Shown: positions 41,259 through 54,822 of the stretch, one piece after another
Numbering within the stretch: the stretch's first letter is position 1
How the letters are laid out: the number at the start of each line of letters is the position of its first letter
The notes under the pieces: model-generated
Database searches by the model: none
The model's input: only the letters and a program-made list of their open reading frames with translations
Told to the model about the DNA's origin: nothing
Position numbers and translations under genes: made by a program
Source of the DNA: Octopus sinensis
Lineage: Eukaryota
NCBI RefSeq assembly: GCF_006345805.1
Contig: NC_042997.1
Coordinates: 149,978,001 to 150,042,000, forward strand
Direction of reading: 5' to 3'
Length of the DNA: 64,000 bases

Positions 41259-41524
41259 ACTGCTACTTTCTTTAACTTTTCCGGCTCTTCTGGGAGAAAC
41301 CTTTCAAATTTCATTTGATTGCACACCTGAATTTTCTCTCTTAAAAGATCAGGTTTGGGTTTTCTTCTCCCTTCCACATTAGGGTACAACCCCGAGCTTA
41401 TTTTGTGATCTAGTGTTGTGATGACGGTGTATATGTCATTAGAAACACCACTTATACACATATCATTAAAGGTCACTTCAGCGTTGACCACCTGTCTATA
41501 CTGTGCCATAAAGGCAGCCTCAAA
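41259..41524 (-). CDS. Candidate coding exon or pseudogene fragment, product unknown
   Basis: Open, non-repetitive frame FEAAFMAQYRQVV...ERFLPEEPEKLKKVA, bounded by ttgacctttag| and |gtaagc. Confidence 0.3.
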
Positions 41525-42452
41525 CTAAAGGTCAACATCAGTACCACCACCTTAAATGGGGATCCTCTAGCTCTTACGTCCTAAGTATTCTGAGATTAAT
41601 ATATAGATATGCATTATGATGCATTAACATAAACTTCTTTCTTTGCCTAGCACTCGGTATTAAACACAGCGCATACAGTGCCTTATGTCTTGTACGTATT
41701 ATATAGTACTCAAATTTATGCAAAGGAGGCATTCAGACACGTTGTAGAAGACACAAAGAAATAACTTGTGGCTTAGCAACGGACAAGGTCACCTTCCTTG
41801 TCTGTCATTCCTGTATGCGAACACCCGGAAGAAATGCACCTGTTTTTGACAGGTAATGCTGTTATCCTTTCTTTGATTCGTCTAAAATATCCATAGATAG
41901 AATTCGCCTATTTCAGGTTACGTTTGCAAAATACTAACCTCATCTTTCATTCTTCATATACATCTATTTGTTAGTGTGTAATCGCCATTTTTGTTTGACT
42001 TTGCAACTTTGTTGCGAATGTTTAAGCCAGTTTTATTAATATATTTGTGAAAATGTTATTTCCCTTCTCCCCTCGATGTGTCTATTCAGAGTGGTTAGCC
42101 CCCTTTCTTGTCTCTCTTTTGTTTCCTTAGACTGCAGAATATTTTTCACAATTGTTTGGTTTGGAGGGAATAATTTGTATTTATCGGTGCTAACACCATA
42201 GAGGCAAGAAGCCCTTCCCTGTAATCCCAGAACAAACAACCGTGTTCAATACTGCTAAGCTAACAAAACTATAATGAAAGACTTATTTGCCCACACACGG
42301 TTGATAAAACAATTGAAACAACTGTCTAACCTCTCGTTACAATTGTTGCATCTGATACGAAACATAAATATACATCCATTTTTTTTAACGAATAATCCAT
42401 CAGCAAATAGAATTCTAAAACAAAGGCACATGTAAAGGGGAGAAGCAAAAGC

Positions 42453-42491
<39 letters not shown>

Positions 42492-42534
42492 AATAATAAT
42501 AGTAATAATAATAGTAGTAATAATAATAATAATA

Positions 42535-42975
42535 ATCCTTTCTACTTTGGACACAAGGCCTGAAACATTTGTGAGGAGGGAGGTAATCCATTAAATCGAC
42601 CCCAATGCTCAACTGGTACTTATTTCATCGACGCCGAAAAGACGGAAAGCAATAGTCGACCTCGGAGGAATTTGAACTCAGAACGTTAGGACTGACTAAG
42701 AGCCGCTAAGCATTTCTCTCGACGTTTTAACGACTCTGTCAGATCATCACTTTAACAATAATAATGATGATGATTTCAAATTTTGGCACAAGGCCAACAA
42801 TTTAGGGGGAGGGGTAAGTCGGTCACATCGGCCCTAGTGTTCAACTGGTACTTATTTTATTGTTCTTGAAAGGATGAAAGGTAAAGTCGCCCTCAATGGA
42901 ATCTGAACCCCGAAGGTAAAGACGGACGAAATGCGGTTAAGCATTTCCCCGGCATGCTAACGTTTATGTCAACTC
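42535..42975 (-). mobile_element. Two SINE family B copies amid (TAA)n/(CAA)n
   Basis: cacaaggcc..ctggtactt..gtcg..ggaat.tgaac.c.gaa..gc.g.taagcattt occurs twice. Confidence 0.85.
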
Positions 42976-43031
<56 letters not shown>

Positions 43032-43043
43032 TAATAATAATAA

Positions 43044-43074
<31 letters not shown>

Positions 43075-43119
43075 AAGAAGAAGAAGAACAAACAACAACA
43101 ACAGCCACATTAATACATG

Positions 43120-43406
43120 GAAACCAAAGAAAAAAGTAAGAAAAATTGGGAAATATCGGGTCTATGCTTGAGCAGTGAAGAGTTTATGGAAAACTAAATC
43201 AACTATTCCTGTGGTAATTAGTGGAATTGGAACAATACCCAAACTGCTGGAGGATATTGGAATTGAGATTGACATCGTCGATCTGCAGAAAAGTGCATTC
43301 GTTTATGCCGCCAGAATCTTCAAAATAATTGTTGAGATTCGAGGAGACTTCTTTCTACCAAATCTCAAGATATTACTGCTAATATAACATGTAACAGTTT
43401 TAATAA
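43120..43406 (+). mobile_element. 3' fragment of an R4/Dong-like RLE retrotransposon
   Basis: KIGKY..KSLWK..IPVVISGIGTIPKLLEDIG..LQKSA..ARIFK; sits downstream of (TAA)n(GAA)n and ends in taataa. Confidence 0.75.
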
Positions 43407-43409
43407 GAA

Positions 43410-43829
43410 CTAGCAGTATCGCCCGGCGTTGCTCTGGTTTGTAAGGGAAATAACTATATAAGCATTTTTAGAGAGTCTCCTTGACAACGCTTTACGACGT
43501 TGATTTCCTTACACTCCCTTCCCCACAGCTTCACGAGGGAGGGAAGACGGGGGAGAAGCAAACAGGTGCAGACGTGACCATGGACGCCAACTCCGCCGCC
43601 ATCGACACACGAAAAATTATGCATTAAAATGGAATAAAAAATTATGTTAAATTATTTTTAAAATCGTAGACTCATCGTAGACGCGCGCTAATACTCAGAC
43701 GGGCTCGATATGAATCACGACTATAAGATACCCGAATTTGGTTAAACTGCACCGTAAAATGTGGGAGTAGTTAGGAATCTAAATCGAAGGGGACAGACAC
43801 TCACACAACTACAGTTTTATATATATAGA
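43410..43829 (-). mobile_element. Non-autonomous Helitron (420 bp)
   Basis: Minus strand starts TC (tctatatatataaaac) and ends CTAG, with a subterminal GC hairpin (ccagagcaacgccggg). Inserted between A and T with no TSD. Confidence 0.85.
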
Positions 43830-43857
43830 TAATGGAATAATAATACTAAAAAGAATA

Positions 43858-44655
43858 TGAGCATAAGGCCAGCAATTTTGAGGGAGATGTGAAATCGATT
43901 TTGTCGATCTAATGCGCAAGTGGTACTTCTTTTACCGACTCCAAAAAGGATCAAAGTCAAAATGGACCTCAGCGGAATGAGAATTCAGAACGTAAAGACG
44001 GACGAACTGCTGTTGAGCATTTTGTCCGATGTGCTAACGATCCTGCCATCTTGCCACCTGGGTTTTAATAATCCTATTAAAGCTCATGGCTTGAAATTTT
44101 TGGGGAGGCGACTAGTCGATTATATCGACCCCAGTGTTTCACTGGTAATAATTTATAGCCCCGGTAAAGATGAAAGGCAAAGTCGACCAAGGAGGGATTT
44201 GAACTCAGAACGTAAAGACGGGCGAAATGTCGCAAAGCATTATCATTTAATAATGATTGTAACGATTTCAAATTTTTCCACAAGGGTAGCCATTTTCGGA
44301 GAGGAGATAAGTCGATTACAGCGACCCCTGTGTTTCACTGTTACTTAATTTATTGAACCTGAAAGGATGAAAGGCAAAATCGATCTTGGTAGAATTTGAA
44401 CACAGAACGTAGCGACAGACGAAATACCTATTTCTTTACTGCCCATAAGGGGCTAAACACAGAGGAGAGAAACAAGAACAGAGAGACGGATTAAGTCGAT
44501 TAAATCGACTCCATTGCGTAACTGGTACTTAAATTTATCGACCCCGAAAGGATGAAAGGCAAAGTCGACCTCGGCGGAATTTGAACTCAGAACGTGACGA
44601 AATTCTGCTAAGCATTTCGCCCGGCGTGCTAACGTTTCTGCCAGCTTGCCGTCTA
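43858..44655 (-). mobile_element. Cluster of 3-4 SINE family B units including a dimer
   Basis: Repeated gatgaaaggcaaa.tcga..gaatttgaac blocks; dimer junction gacgaaatacc/tatttctttact at ~44428. Confidence 0.85.
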
Positions 44656-44753
44656 CGCCTTATTTGATAATGATAATTATAAGACTGTTTTCTTTAGTTG
44701 ACATAATCTCAATAGCTGACGAGACATTATTATCGAAATTATTTCTAGCATAA

Positions 44754-44806
<53 letters not shown>

Positions 44807-45896
44807 CTGGGTGACAAAGAAAATGAGACAAGAAATGCAAACTCTCTACATTGTAACTTAGACAAAGACGTAGATCTGTGGTTGAGAAGTTGTCTGCGTA
44901 AGGGAAAGGTTTTGGGATCTATTCTACTGTGCAGTAACATGGGCAGGGCAGTATATTTTCATGACCGCCTTTAGATGACTAATACGTTGTAGCGGAAACT
45001 TGGTCGATGGAAACTACTTGGAAGCCCGCCGCCATTTATGTGTGTGCGTATCTGTATGTATCATGTTTGTGTATATATATTTTTGTATGTTAGTGTATGT
45101 GTGTGGGTTTATGAACGAAGAATACAATCATCGGAGAGGAAACAGAGAAACAGGTGCATTGCGCACAACGTTCCGTGTTACATGTTATGTATCGAGTTAC
45201 AGGTCCCAGCAACACTATTGTTCTCCACCAGCAACATACCCTAAATATTTAAACAGATAACTAACTATGTAAATAAATAGATTCATAAATACACATTATA
45301 CCAATAAATACGAGTTTCGAATCCTGGCAACGTGCATGTTGCTATTTGTATAAAATTGATGCATTTTAATGCCTGATGTAATACATGTCATGCATTTGGA
45401 ATATAAAGGATGTTTTTTTTAGCATCTTCCTTTTATTAAAGCTTTATTATACTTGTTTTGCTTGTTTTCTGTTAGTTTTTAGTTATATGTTTTAGATTTC
45501 CACCTATAAAGATCGAAATGTCACCTTTATATGTCACAGCTGCAAGATTGTAGATTAAAAGGTCTTCTTAGTCATCATTCAGTACGTGAGCAATCACTGG
45601 AACAATATCACAAACTAATCGCCCGCCCCTTTCTTCTATTCCTCAACTCTCTCTCCCTTTCTCTCCTTTTCTCTCTCTCTCTCTCTCTCTGTGTTTCTCT
45701 ATCTCTCTATCTATCTATCAATCTATCTATCTCACTCGTCGTATCTTGCTCTCACTCTCCTCGGTATATATGCGTATGTATGTACGTGCGTGTGTGCGCC
45801 TATATATATACAGGTGCACACACATACACACACATATGTATATACTGACACACGTATGAAGCAGATACAAACATGTACACGCACATGTACAACTAA

Positions 45897-45965
<69 letters not shown>

Positions 45966-46735
45966 GAAAGAGAGAGAAAGAGAGAAAGGGATAAAGAGCT
46001 AGAGAAAGATATATGTATGTGTGTGTATGTATGAATGCATATAGTTACACAGAGACACATACACAAGCGTATATGTGTATATGTGTGTATGTGTCTGAGA
46101 ATGTGTGTGTATATGTGTGCATATGTGTATGTATGTGTGTGCTTATGCGCGCGTTCGTGTACTGCTCTCTAATGTAACTTTCCTTTTTCAGTATTTGCCG
46201 TCCCCTCGTCACTAAGGTCTCGTATTTTTTTCTTTATTGTCTTTACTTTCTCTAGTTTTCCAGAGTGCTTCATTGTTGGCGTTGAGTCATCATACCATTT
46301 ATCTGTTCTCTAACTCTATCACCAGGATCAGCTGCGTGCGATTCAGGTGTATACAGTATGCTCATACATTATGTCGCATGTGTTTTCTTTGCGTACACTT
46401 GAATGCGCCTATAATTTTTATTGCAAACCGGGCATTATTTTATTTATATGCACGACGTTACATCCAACAAATGATGTCACAATACACACATAAAAAGCCC
46501 CACATAGACAAGCACAAAGACACTCACAAACACTTTCACACACACACACACATGTTCATATACACAAGCATAATTTGTAAATGTACTATTTTCCATGTGT
46601 AAAACTATTCCTAAGAGGTCGAGTTGCATAACTATGTGGTTTTCTTTCCATTTAGTAAGCTTTTTCCACATGGATGTTTTCTTATACAAGGTACGTCTTC
46701 ATATATCATCCTGAGAAAATTTTCTCTTTCTCTTC

Positions 46736-46769
<34 letters not shown>

Positions 46770-47317
46770 GAGTGAGAGAGCAGTTCATGCCATCAAAGTG
46801 ACACTGGGGTAAAATATACGAAGCCCAATATACCCATCATGACTACCCGTCTGATAAAGGTACACCAGGCACATGCATCACAACCATATGTGCGCGACAT
46901 GGTGATCTCATATCAAGATAAACAGCACATGACCTTGCAGGTGGGGCCCAGTTAGAATTTTCTTCAGGTTGAGTAGCCCATCCTGCTCAAACGGTCCCTG
47001 AATAAGGGTTGCTTTAGGATGTTGAACGAAACACCTATGTTTCCAGAGGTGAACCATTCAAACTCCAAAGAATCCCTCTCAACACATGGCCATGATGCTC
47101 CCCCACTACTTCTGTTCGTGATCAGAGATGCACATATCGTCAGCCACTAAGGGACATGCTCAACTGGTTAAGGTCAAACAACTGACAAGCAAATCTGTGG
47201 TATTGAGCAGAATATTTGCTGTAGCCCATCTTTTATACCAAGACAAAACAATGTACATGATAACACTTCCAATCAGTTAAGATCAGAAGCCATGAGAGCC
47301 ACTGCCTGGTACTGCAT
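46770..47317 (-). mobile_element. ~550-bp non-coding element embedded in (TAA)n, copy 1
   Basis: Flanked on both sides by (TTA)n; homologous to 47367-47838, 48751-48922 and, inverted, 50418-50820. Strand inferred from the (AAT)n tail. Confidence 0.85.
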
Positions 47318-47366
47318 TATTATTATTATTATTATTATTATTAATATTATTATTATTATTATTATT

Positions 47367-47838
47367 GAGTGAGAGAGCAGTGCATGTCATCAAAATGAGA
47401 CTGGGGTAAAAATATACGAAGACCAGTATATCCATCATGACGACCCGTCTGATAAAGGTACACCAGACACATGCATCACAACCATGTTTGCGCGACATGG
47501 TGATCTCACATCAAGATAAACAGCGCATGACCTTGAAGGTGGGGCCCAGTTCGAATTTTTTTCTGGTCGCGATGTGGCCCATCTCGCTCAAAAGGTCTCT
47601 CAATAAGGATTATTTCAGGATGTTGAACGAACCACCTATGTTTTCAAAGCTGAATTATCCTAACCTCAAAGAATTCCTCTCCACACACGGCTATGATGCT
47701 CCCTCACTACTTCTGCTTGTGATCAGAGATGCACATATCGTCAGCCACAAAGGAGCATGGTCAACTAAAGTCAAACAACTGACAAGTAAATCTGTGGTAT
47801 TGAGCAAAATATTTGCAGTAGCCCATCTTTTATACCAA
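47367..47838 (-). mobile_element. (TAA)n-embedded element, copy 2, truncated
   Basis: Colinear with 46770-47240; starts at the same (tta)n-gagtgagagagcag junction. Confidence 0.85.
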
Positions 47839-47861
47839 TTATCATTATCATTATTATTTCT

Positions 47862-47979
<118 letters not shown>

Positions 47980-47984
47980 CAGGT

Positions 47985-48750
47985 ATAGTGTAAATAGCAA
48001 AGTACCAGGATCTAGCCATTGAGTTACAGAGACTATGGAAAGTGCGGTCAAAATTTTACAACAAGTAACATATGATGTCAAGAACCCTCCAAAATATTCA
48101 AGTTGTCCCTAAAAGCACTGTTTTCTGGAGTTGTATTAAACTAGGTTTCATGTCTATTTCCTCTATCCATTAGTTCAAATCTTTAGGGATAGTTCCTAAT
48201 GCACCTATAGCCACAGGGATAGATTTTACTCGCCCTTACCATAGTCTCTGTAACGCAATGGCTAGATCCTGCCACTTGGCTATTTTCTCTATACCGCTCA
48301 TATTAACTTTAAGACTATAAAGTAAATTACCTGGTCCTTTTTATTCTCTTTGTCTACTACAACTAAATCGGGTCTTGTGCTTCTATTACTCTGTCCGTCT
48401 GCAACCATAACCATGGCTCACAATTACAGTTGGCTGCAACTAATGGTAAGCAAATGGTTGGTCGATAATTACTAGCTATATTGCTCTTTCTTTTGTCATC
48501 CAATCTGGTATTACTTCTCCATCCAGCCAATCCTGAAGTTATTCCCTCAGTCTCCCATGTAAGCTACTAAATTTCTTTAGCCAGTGCTCTTGAAATATAT
48601 CTGATCCTGGGCCTTTCCTATTCGGCATTTTTCCTCGTTAATACACTAGTTAGTCTTACATCTCGTTGCTTCTCACCGATTATTACTTCCCTTTCTTTCT
48701 TTAACACAGCTACATATCCATGATGATTGACTATTTTGTCTGAAATATTA
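47985..48750 (-). mobile_element. Internally deleted R4/Dong-like retrotransposon (RT N-terminal part + RLE) with an inverted fragment
   Basis: Minus strand: MPNRKGPGSD..HWLKKFSSLH..IPDWMT; QTDRVIE..RPDLVVVDK; EKIAKWQDLAIALQRLW..IPVAIGALGTIPK..LQKTVLLGT. Plus strand 47990-48045: IAKYQDLAIELQRLWKV. Confidence 0.85.
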
Positions 48751-48942
48751 CCACTAAGGGACATGCTCAACTGGTTAAGGTCAAACAACTGACAAGCTAA
48801 TCTATGGTATTGAGCAGAATATTTGCTGTAGCACATATTTTATACCAAGACAAAACAATATACATGATAACACTTCCAATCACTTAAGATCAGAAGCCAC
48901 GAGGGCTATTGCCTGGTACTGCACCAGTACCAGGCAGTGGCT
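48751..48942 (-). mobile_element. (TAA)n element copy 3, terminal ~170 bp with fold-back end
   Basis: Matches 47144-47316; ends gctattgcctggtactg-cac-cagtaccaggcagtggc. Confidence 0.8.
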
Positions 48943-48944
48943 GG

Positions 48945-49142
48945 TGGACGAAATGCTTTGTGTTATTTCGTCCGCTGCTGCGTTCTGAGTTCAAATTCCG
49001 CCGAGGTCGACTTTCCCTTTCATCCTTTCGGGGTCGATAAATTAAGTACCAGTTACGCACTGGGGTCGACGTAATCGACTTAATCTGTTTGTCTGCCCTT
49101 GTTTGTCTCCTCTATGTTCAGCCCCTTGTGGGCAATAAAAAA
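48945..49142 (+). mobile_element. SINE family B with alternative tail
   Basis: gagttcaaattccgccgaggtcgac..cctttcatcctttcggggtcgataaattaagtacc..agccccttgtgggcaataaa. Confidence 0.9.
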
Positions 49143-50149
49143 TTATTATTATTACTATTATTATTGTTGTTGTTGTTGTTGTTGTTGTTGTTATCATTAT
49201 TATTATTATTGTCGACTTATAGCCCGAAATTGCTGGCCAAGTAGCAGCCGTACTCTATTGTCGTTTTGTGATTGTTGTTGTTGTACAAGAAGGGTGAATG
49301 AACGATTGATGGGGGAGTCGGCAGAATGTATGGCAATCTGTATTCTGCAATTTATTTGCTCTTTCTACATTATGAATTAAAATCCTGCAGAGGTGAAATT
49401 TGCCTTCCATTCTTCAGTGGTCAATTAGCACCTGCTAATTATTGTCGCCAATATAATTGACAGTAGCTTTACGCTAAAATACTTTGGCCTTTTTTTCTCT
49501 ATGTTGTTCATAATTGCAATTATTTCTAAAACGGCTATGAGGTCTCCTGGCCTTGCCACTAACTCATTACATTTCAAGTAGCTGAAAGAACCACATGATT
49601 TAAGGAGCAATCATATCTTCCCTTGTTCAATAAAACTGTGATCAGCTTCTTTGACTATCATTTAAACCAGGATTTCCGAAACTATTTCATTCTTTTTTTT
49701 TTTTTTGTCTTTCTATTTGCCCGCTGGCAATATTTTGAACAGAAATTTACCCTAACTCAGTTTTCGTTCAGTAATTAGTTTAAATGTTTGCCAAAGCAAC
49801 TTGCGGGGGAAAAAAACATTTAAAATAATATCCTTAAACAATATTATTTTAAATTCAAATAACAATAACAAGAAAAAGTCCACATAACAATGACGATTAC
49901 ATAATTTACGGCAAAAATTATGATCTGATACCTAAACCAAACACAGTTTTCCGAATTTTACTATTCCATTAGTACAACAATAATTAAGAAGAAATTAAAA
50001 CGGCAAAACAAAAAAAGAGATAAATTATTTGTTTTGCTTTTTCTCCTATTTTTTATATCCAGAATGTACCTACGTCAGAATTTCTTCACAAATTACGATT
50101 TCTTTTTTAAAAATCATAATTCGAAGAGAAATAATATAAATAATATTTT

Positions 50150-50345
50150 CTATTATATACACAAGCCTGAAATTTGGGGACGGGGATAGTCAATTACATC
50201 GACCCCACTACTCAACTGGTACTTTATCAGTCCCGAACGGAAGAAAGGTATAATCGACTTTGGTGGAATTTGAACTCAGAACGCAGACAGACGAAGCATT
50301 TCACCCATTCACCCAGCGTACTAACGGTTCTTTCAGCTCACCCCC

Positions 50346-50347
<2 letters not shown>
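50150..50347 (-). mobile_element. SINE family B, decayed
   Basis: cacaagcctgaaattt..atcgacccc..actggtac..gaatttgaactcagaacg. Confidence 0.75.
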
Positions 50348-50381
<34 letters not shown>

Positions 50382-50388
50382 TAATAAT

Positions 50389-50417
<29 letters not shown>

Positions 50418-50421
<4 letters not shown>

Positions 50422-50820
50422 GCCCTGGTGCAATAGCAAGCACTGGCTCTAGTGACTTCTGCATTTACTTAATTGGAACTCTTAACAGGTATATGTTTTT
50501 CCTTGGTGATAAAGGTTGGATACAGCAAATATTTCACCCAATACCAAAAATTTGCCTATCATTTGCTTGACCATAAAATGTTGAGCATGTCCCTCAGTGG
50601 CTGACGATATGTGCATCTCTGTTCATGAGCAGAAGTAGTCGGGAAGTATCATAGTCACACGTTGAGAGGTATTCTTGGGGGTTTGAATAATTCACCTCTT
50701 GAAACGTGGGTGTTACGTTCACCATCCTTAAACAATATTAAGGGACCTATATAGTGACATGGGCTATTCGACCTGAAAAAAATTTTAACTGTGCCACATC
50801 TTGATATGAGATCACTGTGT
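50418..50820 (+). mobile_element. (TAA)n element copy 4, diverged, opposite orientation
   Basis: Follows (AAT)n; gttgagcatgtccctcagtggctgacgatatgtgcatctctg is the reverse complement of copy 1. Confidence 0.8.
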
Positions 50821-51191
50821 GGAAAACAAGTATATATATATATATATACAACTACAAGTCCATAGGTCAGGAAAAAGATGCACTCCTATATCTGTCAATA
50901 GAGTGGGTATATTATCCGAGCTGTACAGTATGATGGATTCATCACGGCTAATCTTACCAATCGGTTTCGTGCTAGGGATACAACTCTCAACTAAATCCCC
51001 TACCCGGTTCGTTTCATCATCCTTTCACAACAACCCCAACCGGATGTGTCCCTTTACCTCCAACAATAGAGAGCAGTCGCCGTGTTTCTTTCCATATGAA
51101 CTACCTCTGATGAGCGTTAGGTTATATAATCGGATTGTTTCCTAACATTCCGTTGTACTCCTAGCGAGAAGCCGTTTGGAACGATTGATAA

Positions 51192-51293
51192 GAATTGTCG
51201 CTTGCTCAGTTTGATCCTGCAGCGGTGATTGTTGTAGCTTATGACGCTTCAAAATACGGCTTAGGATCAGTAATGCTACATAAATATAAAGAT
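51192..51293 (+). mobile_element. Ty3/Gypsy RNase H N-terminal fragment
   Basis: Translation ELSLAQFDPAAVIVVAYDASKYGLGSVMLHKYKD (DAS..GLG motif). Confidence 0.75.
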
Positions 51294-51444
51294 ACTAGCA
51301 GAGTATTTGGGAATACATCAAATGGAGACAGTTAGTGTCAACCCCGTCCCGTGGTACTATGTATCACACTGTATTAGTGCACGAAACAAAGGTGACATAT
51401 ACAGAAACCACATTATGAAAATATTATATATACATTTGTATGTA

Positions 51445-51860
51445 GGCGCAGGAGTAGCTGTGTGGTAAGTAGCTTGCTTACCAACCACATGGTTTCGGGT
51501 TCAGTCCTACTGCGTGGCACCTTGAGCAAGTGTCTTCTGCTATAGCCCCGGGCCGACCAAAGCCTTGTGAGTGGATTTGGTAGACGGAAACTGAAAGAAG
51601 CCCGTCGTATATATGAATATGTATATATATATATGTGTGTGCGTGTATGTTTGTGTGTCTGTGTTTGTCCCTCTAACATTGCTTGACAACCGATGCTGGT
51701 GTGTTTATGTCCCCGTCACTTAGCGGTTCAGCAAAAGAGACCAATAGAATAAGTACTGGGCTTACAAAGAATAAGTCCTGGGGTCGAGTTGCTCGATTAA
51801 AGGCGGTGCTCCAGCATGGCCGCAGTCAAATGACTGAAACAAGTAACAAAAAAGAGAGAA
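51445..51860 (+). mobile_element. SINE family A, full length
   Basis: ggcgcaggagtagctgtgtgg...ggcggtgctccagcatggccgcagtcaaatgactgaaacaag. Confidence 0.92.
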
Positions 51861-52096
51861 AAAAAAAGCGTATATAGATATATAAATATATTGGGTGTCT
51901 ATAAATTATTTTCACAGCTTCCACAACTTATTGTATCTTTTAAAGAATTTATCCATCAGTCGACTTCTTTCTTGCGATCAACAGTTATTTTCTCTAGCTT
52001 TACATGATACTCACAAACCTAGGTTTCTGGGTAGTTATCCACGTAAATATAAATAGATAGATACACACACACGCACACACACGCACACACACAACA

Positions 52097-52175
<79 letters not shown>

Positions 52176-52181
52176 GGGGAG

Positions 52182-52227
<46 letters not shown>

Positions 52228-52639
52228 CGCCACCACTGTATTCACAGACACACTCTACTCACACGTTGAAAGATTTATAAGTGATTGCATAGACACTTTA
52301 GAGTAAGAGTTTGTTGATGTGAAGCCTTGAAAATAAAAGAAAAAAAAACGAAGAACGTAATTGATTTCCAGCTAATGAATATAACACATTTAGCTAGGTT
52401 TAGCCGTTGCAATAATATTGAGTATTTATTGTGTGGAACATCATTGTGGTCTGTGAATTTTAATAGACACAGTAGTCATACAGGAAGTTGTTATCAATAT
52501 AAAGAAGCCCACTAGATGATATGCAGGTGAGGATAATGGAAGAGTCAAGCACAAATATAGTTGCAGAATGATACATAAAAATCTATAGTGAAACAGCGAC
52601 AGATCCCTTCCATATAAATACCACACACACACCACACAC

Positions 52640-52689
<50 letters not shown>

Positions 52690-52920
52690 TGTTGTATAAT
52701 ATGTGATGTTAACTAATTTGTGAGGTGGGATAAATAAACACTATCTTAGTTACTTGGATACGAAGGACAACATTACCATTTTGTAAGCTCCATTTTGAGG
52801 GACAACATCACCGTTTTGAACTCATAAATTTTTCATATAATTTTAATATGACGTGCATGAGTAAATACTTACAGAGTTTCGTCTGTAACTACCAAACCTG
52901 AGGCAACATTTGTTGGTGCC

Positions 52921-53135
52921 AGGGTGTCGAGCTGGCAGAAATGTTAGCGGCCCGGACGAAATGCTTAGCGATACTTCGTCTGCCTTTACGTTCTGAATTC
53001 AAATTCCTCCGAGGTCGACTTCGCCTTTCATCCTTTCAGGGTCGATAAATTAAGTACCATTGCGTAGTGGGGTGATGTAATCGACTGGCCCCCTCCCTCA
53101 AAATTTCGGGCATTTTGCCTGAGTAGAAAAGAATA
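52921..53135 (+). mobile_element. SINE family B, full length
   Basis: cgagctggcagaaatgttagc...cctttcatcctttcagggtcgataaattaagtacc...gagtagaaaagaatat. Confidence 0.9.
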
Positions 53136-54714
53136 TTTGTTGCTGTCAATATAAGTGCAATTTTTCTCGTCAATATTCTCTGCTTGCTTTTGTTTTAACA
53201 GCATCAATTATTTGTTAGGTAGATTTTCTGTAATGATACGGCAAATCACCTACACAATCACTTTTTTTTTTCGAAACCTACATAATTTAATTTCACTAAT
53301 TATTTTTATTATATGCAAATACGTAATACTTTCAAACCAGTACTTCTTAAACCTTTCAACCCAGCTTTTACTACCCAGTAAAGGTTCTACGTTTGAATTT
53401 TAATTTTCCTTTCTCTGAAAATCTCCATTCAAACTGTGTGCTTTATTTCAATACTGTTGTGCTTATCGGCACAATGCGCCGAGTTTGATATCCGATTTAT
53501 ATACCCAAGAGCCTTCCCGTTTCATGCTTCATATTAGAACGCTTGACTTAATCTAGTGTCTTTTGTTACGTATTGTTCTCACTGTAGACGCAACGAGCTT
53601 TAATGTTTAAACAATGCGGCTGTCTTTTCTTTTTCTTTTCTCCTGTATCAAACTTTTATAAAATCCTGTATTTGATATCAAGTATGATTTTTTAGGGAAC
53701 CTTTCGCAATACTACTTCGGGTCTACTTGATGGATTATTTCTAAATATCTTGAAGTACAGGTAAATCCAGTAGCGATGGTGGTCAACAATCACCCATAAT
53801 TATTATGAAGCAAAAACAGAAGTTTTTGATCCCACAAAACAGCTTTGTTTTGTAGGACAGGTCAGTTTTGTGGGAGCAAAAACTTTTGTTCTATTTCAAT
53901 GCAAGTAAGAATGGAAACAAGAAAACGGAAGGGTGAAGGAATGAGGTGGAAGGGATTAGTGTATGGTTAGTTGGAAGCTTACCCGGCTTATGGGTAAACA
54001 CCACGCTTTGCTCACGCACACCCACACGCATATAAACACATACACACACATGCATCGTTGTGTTGACATAGAACACATGAAGTAGGCAAATATTGCTATT
54101 ATACCAATAGTTTTCAACCATTTTAATATCCGGAACAGATCCAAAACCTTACTCCTATTAGCGGACCGCACGGAAAAATAAACCTAAAAGAGAGCAAAAA
54201 ACAAACAAACAAACATAAAACACATATCAATTAGAGAAAAGCAGTTGAGACGGCCGGAAGGGTGCTTGAGGGCTGATTGCGTCCCTGGGAGTCATACGCG
54301 TCCCTGCTGAGAATTGTTGTATTATATCATTATAAAATTATTGTTGCCAGTTGGCTGTTGAAAAGTCGGTAGATTAGTAGTGGTGATGATCATATTGTTC
54401 TTGTTGTTTGTATTGCTCTAGCTGTTTGTTTTCAAGTCAGTCTCTATTGATCTAAGATCAAAGACATTCAGCGTAAAAATACGCTAGGATACTACATCGC
54501 ATCAGGTTTCTCTTTAACTTAATTTGTTCATATTATTGTTTATTTTGTTCATATTATTGTTAGTGTTGATAGTGGTCAGTAAAAGTTGTTGCGTTCATAA
54601 TTGACTTTAGTTGCATTAATATATATTTTGATGCTAAGGATGATGAAAACTGGTTTGTGTGTGTGTGTGGTGTGGTGTGTGTGTGTGGTGTGGTGTGTGT
54701 GTGTGTGTGTGTGG

Positions 54715-54822
54715 TGTATGGCTGTGTGGTAAGAAGCTTGCTTCCCAGCCATACAGACCCGCGTTCAATCCCACTGTGTGGTACCTTGGTAAAGTGTCTT
54801 ATACTCTGGCCTTGGGCCGACC
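54715..54822 (+). mobile_element. SINE family A head
   Basis: tggctgtgtggtaagaagcttgc..gttcaatccc..accttggtaaagtgtctt..ggccgacc. Confidence 0.8.

Noticed and set aside
44712-44750. CTGACGA...GAAA motif
   Set aside because: Stems I and III cannot form together in the required register.
45520-45640. Promoter-like GC box near (CT)n
   Set aside because: A single short motif with no transcript or gene to anchor it.
51445-51520. tRNA gene-like A/B boxes here and in other copies
   Set aside because: These are SINE heads that continue into SINE bodies; there is no intact cloverleaf.
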